A stretch of DNA of 64,000 nt from Malacoraja senta (Eukaryota): NCBI GenBank assembly GCA_038087875.1, contig JAXLNO010000556.1:1-64000 (forward strand), in the 5' to 3' direction. The notes below the pieces were generated by a model, which saw only the letters and a program-made list of their open reading frames with translations, had not been told where the DNA came from and did not search any database. The position numbers were made by a program, and so were the translations under genes. Below are positions 61,032 through 64,000 of this stretch, piece after piece (within the stretch, counting starts at the first letter, position 1; every line of letters begins with the position of its first letter).

Positions 61032-63739
61032 CTGTGCGAGGGGACGAAGTTCAATCGTAGTACTAGTAACTCGGACATTTCGTATTGGTGGCGAGCAGTG
61101 GACGTCAGCGGGGCGCGAGACAACGTGTCGGCTACGAACATGTCCTTCCCCTTACGATAAACCACCGTGAACGTGAAACGCTGGAGCTGCAGCAGCATGC
61201 GCTGCAGACGTGATGAGGCCACATGGATCGGTTTGTTGAGGATGGTAACAAGTGGTTGATGGTCAGTTTCAACGGTGAAAGTGTTGCCCACGATGTAGTC
61301 CCGGAATTTGGAGCAGGCAAACACCACGGCCAGTAGCTCCTTCTCAATCTGCGCGTAGTGCTGTTCGGTGGCGGTCATGGTGCGGGACGCGAATGAGACA
61401 GGCAGCTGCAGGCCGTCATGGACCTGGAGGCAGGCGGCACCGAGTCCGAATTGAGAGGCGTCGCAGGTGAGGACAATGGGATGCCGCAGGTCAAAGAACT
61501 TGAGCGTGGGTGTGCTGATCAGTTTAGACTTAAGAATGTCAAATGCCTTCTGATGATTGGGTAACCAAAGCCAGGAAGTGTCCTTTTTGATCAGATCCCT
61601 CAGGGGAGCGCTGAGCTCGCTTAGGTCGGGGATGAACTTCCCCAGGTAGTTTACCAAGCCGAGGAAGCGTTGCAGGCCTGCCACGTTAGTAGGAGGAGGC
61701 ATCCCTGAGATGGCAGCCGTTTTCTGCGGGTCTGGCTTTAGCCCCTCAGCGGTGAATACATGTCCAACATAGGTGACCTCCGAGACGCGGAATCGGCACT
61801 TCTTGGGGTTCAGTTTCAAGTTGATTTGCCTGGCCCGGTCCAGGATCAGGCGGAGGTTGACATCGTGTTCGGCAACATCCTTACCGTAAACCAGGATGTC
61901 GTCAACAATTATGGCGCAAGGCAGATCTGAAAACAACTGTTCCATGGTTCGCTGGAATACCTCACTGGCAGAGATGATTCCGAAGGGCATTCGGAGGAAC
62001 CGAAACCTTCCGTAGGGGGTGGCGAAGGTTGTCAAAATGGACGACCGCTCGTCCAGTGGTATCTGCCAGAATGAGCTCTTGGCATCGAGGACCGAAAAGA
62101 CCGTTGCTGGACCAACCCGTGCAGCGACGTCTTCCACCGTTCTCATAGGGTAGTGAGGGCGCCGAATGGCCAGGTTGAGGTCTCTGGGGTTGATGCAGAT
62201 GCGTATCTCACTCATGTCCTTTTTAGCAGCAACAACCATGGAAGAGACCCAGCTGGTGGGCTCGAAGACCGCCTTTAGGACGCCCATTTGTACCATACTG
62301 TGTAGGGTCGCCTCCATTTTGTCCCTCATGGCGAAGGAAATACGGTGAGGAGCATGGACCACAGGAACGATCTTATGGTCCACTTCAATCTTGTAGCTGC
62401 AGGGTAGTTTGCCTAGCTTATCATCAAAGCGGTCGGGATACTCGGCCAGTGGGTCCATAAGAGCCTGCACGTGGTGGATGTCCCGGTGGAAGGACACCAG
62501 TCCCATTTCCTGGCATGCCTGGATCCCCAGCAGGGGAACGCAACTTCGATTGAGGAGAAAGAAGGTGAGGGGCCGAGTGGCCTTCAGTATCTTACAGTGT
62601 AGTGTGGCCTTGCCCACAGGAGTAAGGATCTCCCCACCGTAGGCATGCAGGTTTGAACTCTGAGAAAATATCTTCTCATTAGTCCTTATCTGGTTGAAAA
62701 GAGATGTTGACATAACATTGGTAACCGCCCCAGTGTCGATTTTGGCCGTGAAGGTCGAGTTGTTCACAGTGACTTGCACAGAAGGATCCGTTATCATAGC
62801 AGGTGCGTCCACCACGGTAAACAGGCTGGTTTCCCCCTGAGAGGAGTTAGATGTGGGAACAGAATGTTCATCGGAATAGTGCTGGGAGCTGAGATCATTA
62901 TCCGACTGTAGAAGGTTGTTTAAATTTTGCCTTCGAGCAGCGACAGGCTTCCCACGGGAACGACAAGCTGCAGCAAAATGGTTCAACTTATTACAGGAAT
63001 TGCAATTCTTTCCCAGCGCAGGGCACACATTGAACTGATGAGTTGTGAAGTTGCAATTAGGGCACCTTTGCTGGGTGCCTCCCCTTGTGGCACCACCGAA
63101 CCCCGGGGCGCGTCCCCCTCGAGCAGCGAGCGACACCGGGGGTCGCGACTGGGGTGCGTTCATGAGATAGCTAGGAGTGCTGGCAAAGTTGATCGCCTGT
63201 TCAGCCGGCGGCGCCGCCGCGGAAACAGCGTCGGCTAAGCGAGTAGCGTGCATTGCATCGGCCAAGGTCAGATCCGGCTTGCGAAGTAGTTCGGACCTGA
63301 GCTTCTCATCACGGAGACCGTAAACCAGTAGGTCCCTGATGACATTGTCGGGGGTCCACGTCTCGAGGCGGCAGCGCCTGCCCAGGTCCCGCAGCGCAAT
63401 GACATAGTTCTCAGCAGATTCCCCAGGGAGCTGACGCCGCGCGAACAGTTTAAAACGTTCTAAAATGCAATTAGTCGGAATGTCACAAATAGCGTCAAAC
63501 TTAGCCAACAGACATGCCGGGTCCCGAGCTGATTCTCCAGGAGCGTAGACGAAGAAGTCAGAGCGAGTCAAGGCGTTGGGACCAGCCAAGTTGAGAAGCA
63601 GTGAGGCTTTGAGAGCGGGGGTGGCGCCAGGATGGGCAATCGTGAAATAGTGTTCAAAGTCGCGTTTGAATATGTCCCATCGAAGGGCGATGTCGAAATC
63701 AAAAACGAGCGCATCGGGCTTACGGGCAGAAGAGGCCAT
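61028..63739 (-). CDS. Gypsy-3 gag-protease-RT-RNase H polyprotein, ending at a frameshift
   Basis: MASSARKP start; two zinc knuckles; KIDTGA; IIVDD; TCDAS, EKELLAV, ETDHQPL. Confidence 0.92.
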   Translation of the reverse strand: MASSARKPDALVFDFDIALRWDIFKRDFEHYFTIAHPGATPALKASLLLNLAGPNALTRSDFFVYAPGESARDPACLLAKFDAICDIPTNCILERFKLFARRQLPGESAENYVIALRDLGRRCRLETWTPDNVIRDLLVYGLRDEKLRSELLRKPDLTLADAMHATRLADAVSAAAPPAEQAINFASTPSYLMNAPQSRPPVSLAARGGRAPGFGGATRGGTQQRCPNCNFTTHQFNVCPALGKNCNSCNKLNHFAAACRSRGKPVAARRQNLNNLLQSDNDLSSQHYSDEHSVPTSNSSQGETSLFTVVDAPAMITDPSVQVTVNNSTFTAKIDTGAVTNVMSTSLFNQIRTNEKIFSQSSNLHAYGGEILTPVGKATLHCKILKATRPLTFFLLNRSCVPLLGIQACQEMGLVSFHRDIHHVQALMDPLAEYPDRFDDKLGKLPCSYKIEVDHKIVPVVHAPHRISFAMRDKMEATLHSMVQMGVLKAVFEPTSWVSSMVVAAKKDMSEIRICINPRDLNLAIRRPHYPMRTVEDVAARVGPATVFSVLDAKSSFWQIPLDERSSILTTFATPYGRFRFLRMPFGIISASEVFQRTMEQLFSDLPCAIIVDDILVYGKDVAEHDVNLRLILDRARQINLKLNPKKCRFRVSEVTYVGHVFTAEGLKPDPQKTAAISGMPPPTNVAGLQRFLGLVNYLGKFIPDLSELSAPLRDLIKKDTSWLWLPNHQKAFDILKSKLISTPTLKFFDLRHPIVLTCDASQFGLGAACLQVHDGLQLPVSFASRTMTATEQHYAQIEKELLAVVFACSKFRDYIVGNTFTVETDHQPLVTILNKPIHVASSRLQRMLLQLQRFTFTVVYRKGKDMFVADTLSRAPLTSTARHQYEMSELLVLRLNFVPSHR

Positions 63740-64000
63740 AACAAAAACAGTTAGGGGGGGAAACAAAACACTGGGTCAAAATTAAATGATAAACCGATAA
63801 ACGGGAGGCGCAAGGTAAGTTATTTGACACCATGTAAAGGATTGATAACGAGGCATCGTTACTTTACTATCTTTATTCATACTGGATCATTATACATTGC
63901 ACTAGCTGTACGTGGTCTGTCACAGGAACTAGAGAGCGATCTGTGGGTGTGGAGGTTGTAGTTATACTTGTGATATGGGGAGTGGTTAGTGGGTGTGAGG

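Larger units (their letters stand above)
59295..64000 (-). mobile_element. Gypsy-3: young full-length Ty3/Gypsy element; 5' LTR runs off the window end
   Basis: 3' LTR 59295-59498; PPT 59499-59510; PBS TGGTGTCAAA 63823-63832; 5' LTR 63833-64000 identical to the 3' LTR over the visible 168 bp. Confidence 0.96.

Noticed and set aside
61028..61035. Programmed ribosomal frameshift in Gypsy-3
   Set aside because: There is no slippery heptamer and the site lies between RNase H and integrase; a 1-bp lesion is simpler.

Overview
This window is vertebrate, repeat-dense, mostly non-genic DNA. The CR1 tails, V-SINEs and Penelope ends suggest a cartilaginous fish such as a skate or ray (inference). I can identify no intact host gene; the window is a multi-layer stack of nested mobile elements. 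It holds a solo LTR between opposed GA and CT microsatellites, and three related short-LTR Ty3/Gypsy elements (one has its 3' LTR split by a 7.5-kb nested insertion, one has identical LTRs). It also holds many CR1 and Rex/Babar LINE pieces, a near full-length L1, two V-SINEs, a Penelope 3' end with a hammerhead-like motif, and a probable non-autonomous Helitron carrying a 33-bp minisatellite. The most striking system is a 14-kb head-to-tail pair of DIRS-type tyrosine-recombinase retrotransposons (25181-39135) integrated at an AT inside a CR1. Their gag/RT/RNaseH/adenine-methyltransferase/recombinase regions are decayed, but the terminal inverted repeats and internal complementary repeats are intact and co-vary within each copy. 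The first copy contains an inverted 1.6-turn circular-permutation duplication. Removing all insertions reveals an ancient, diverged tandem array of about three units with unidentified exon-like segments. All calls were made by eye; degraded boundaries are approximate.
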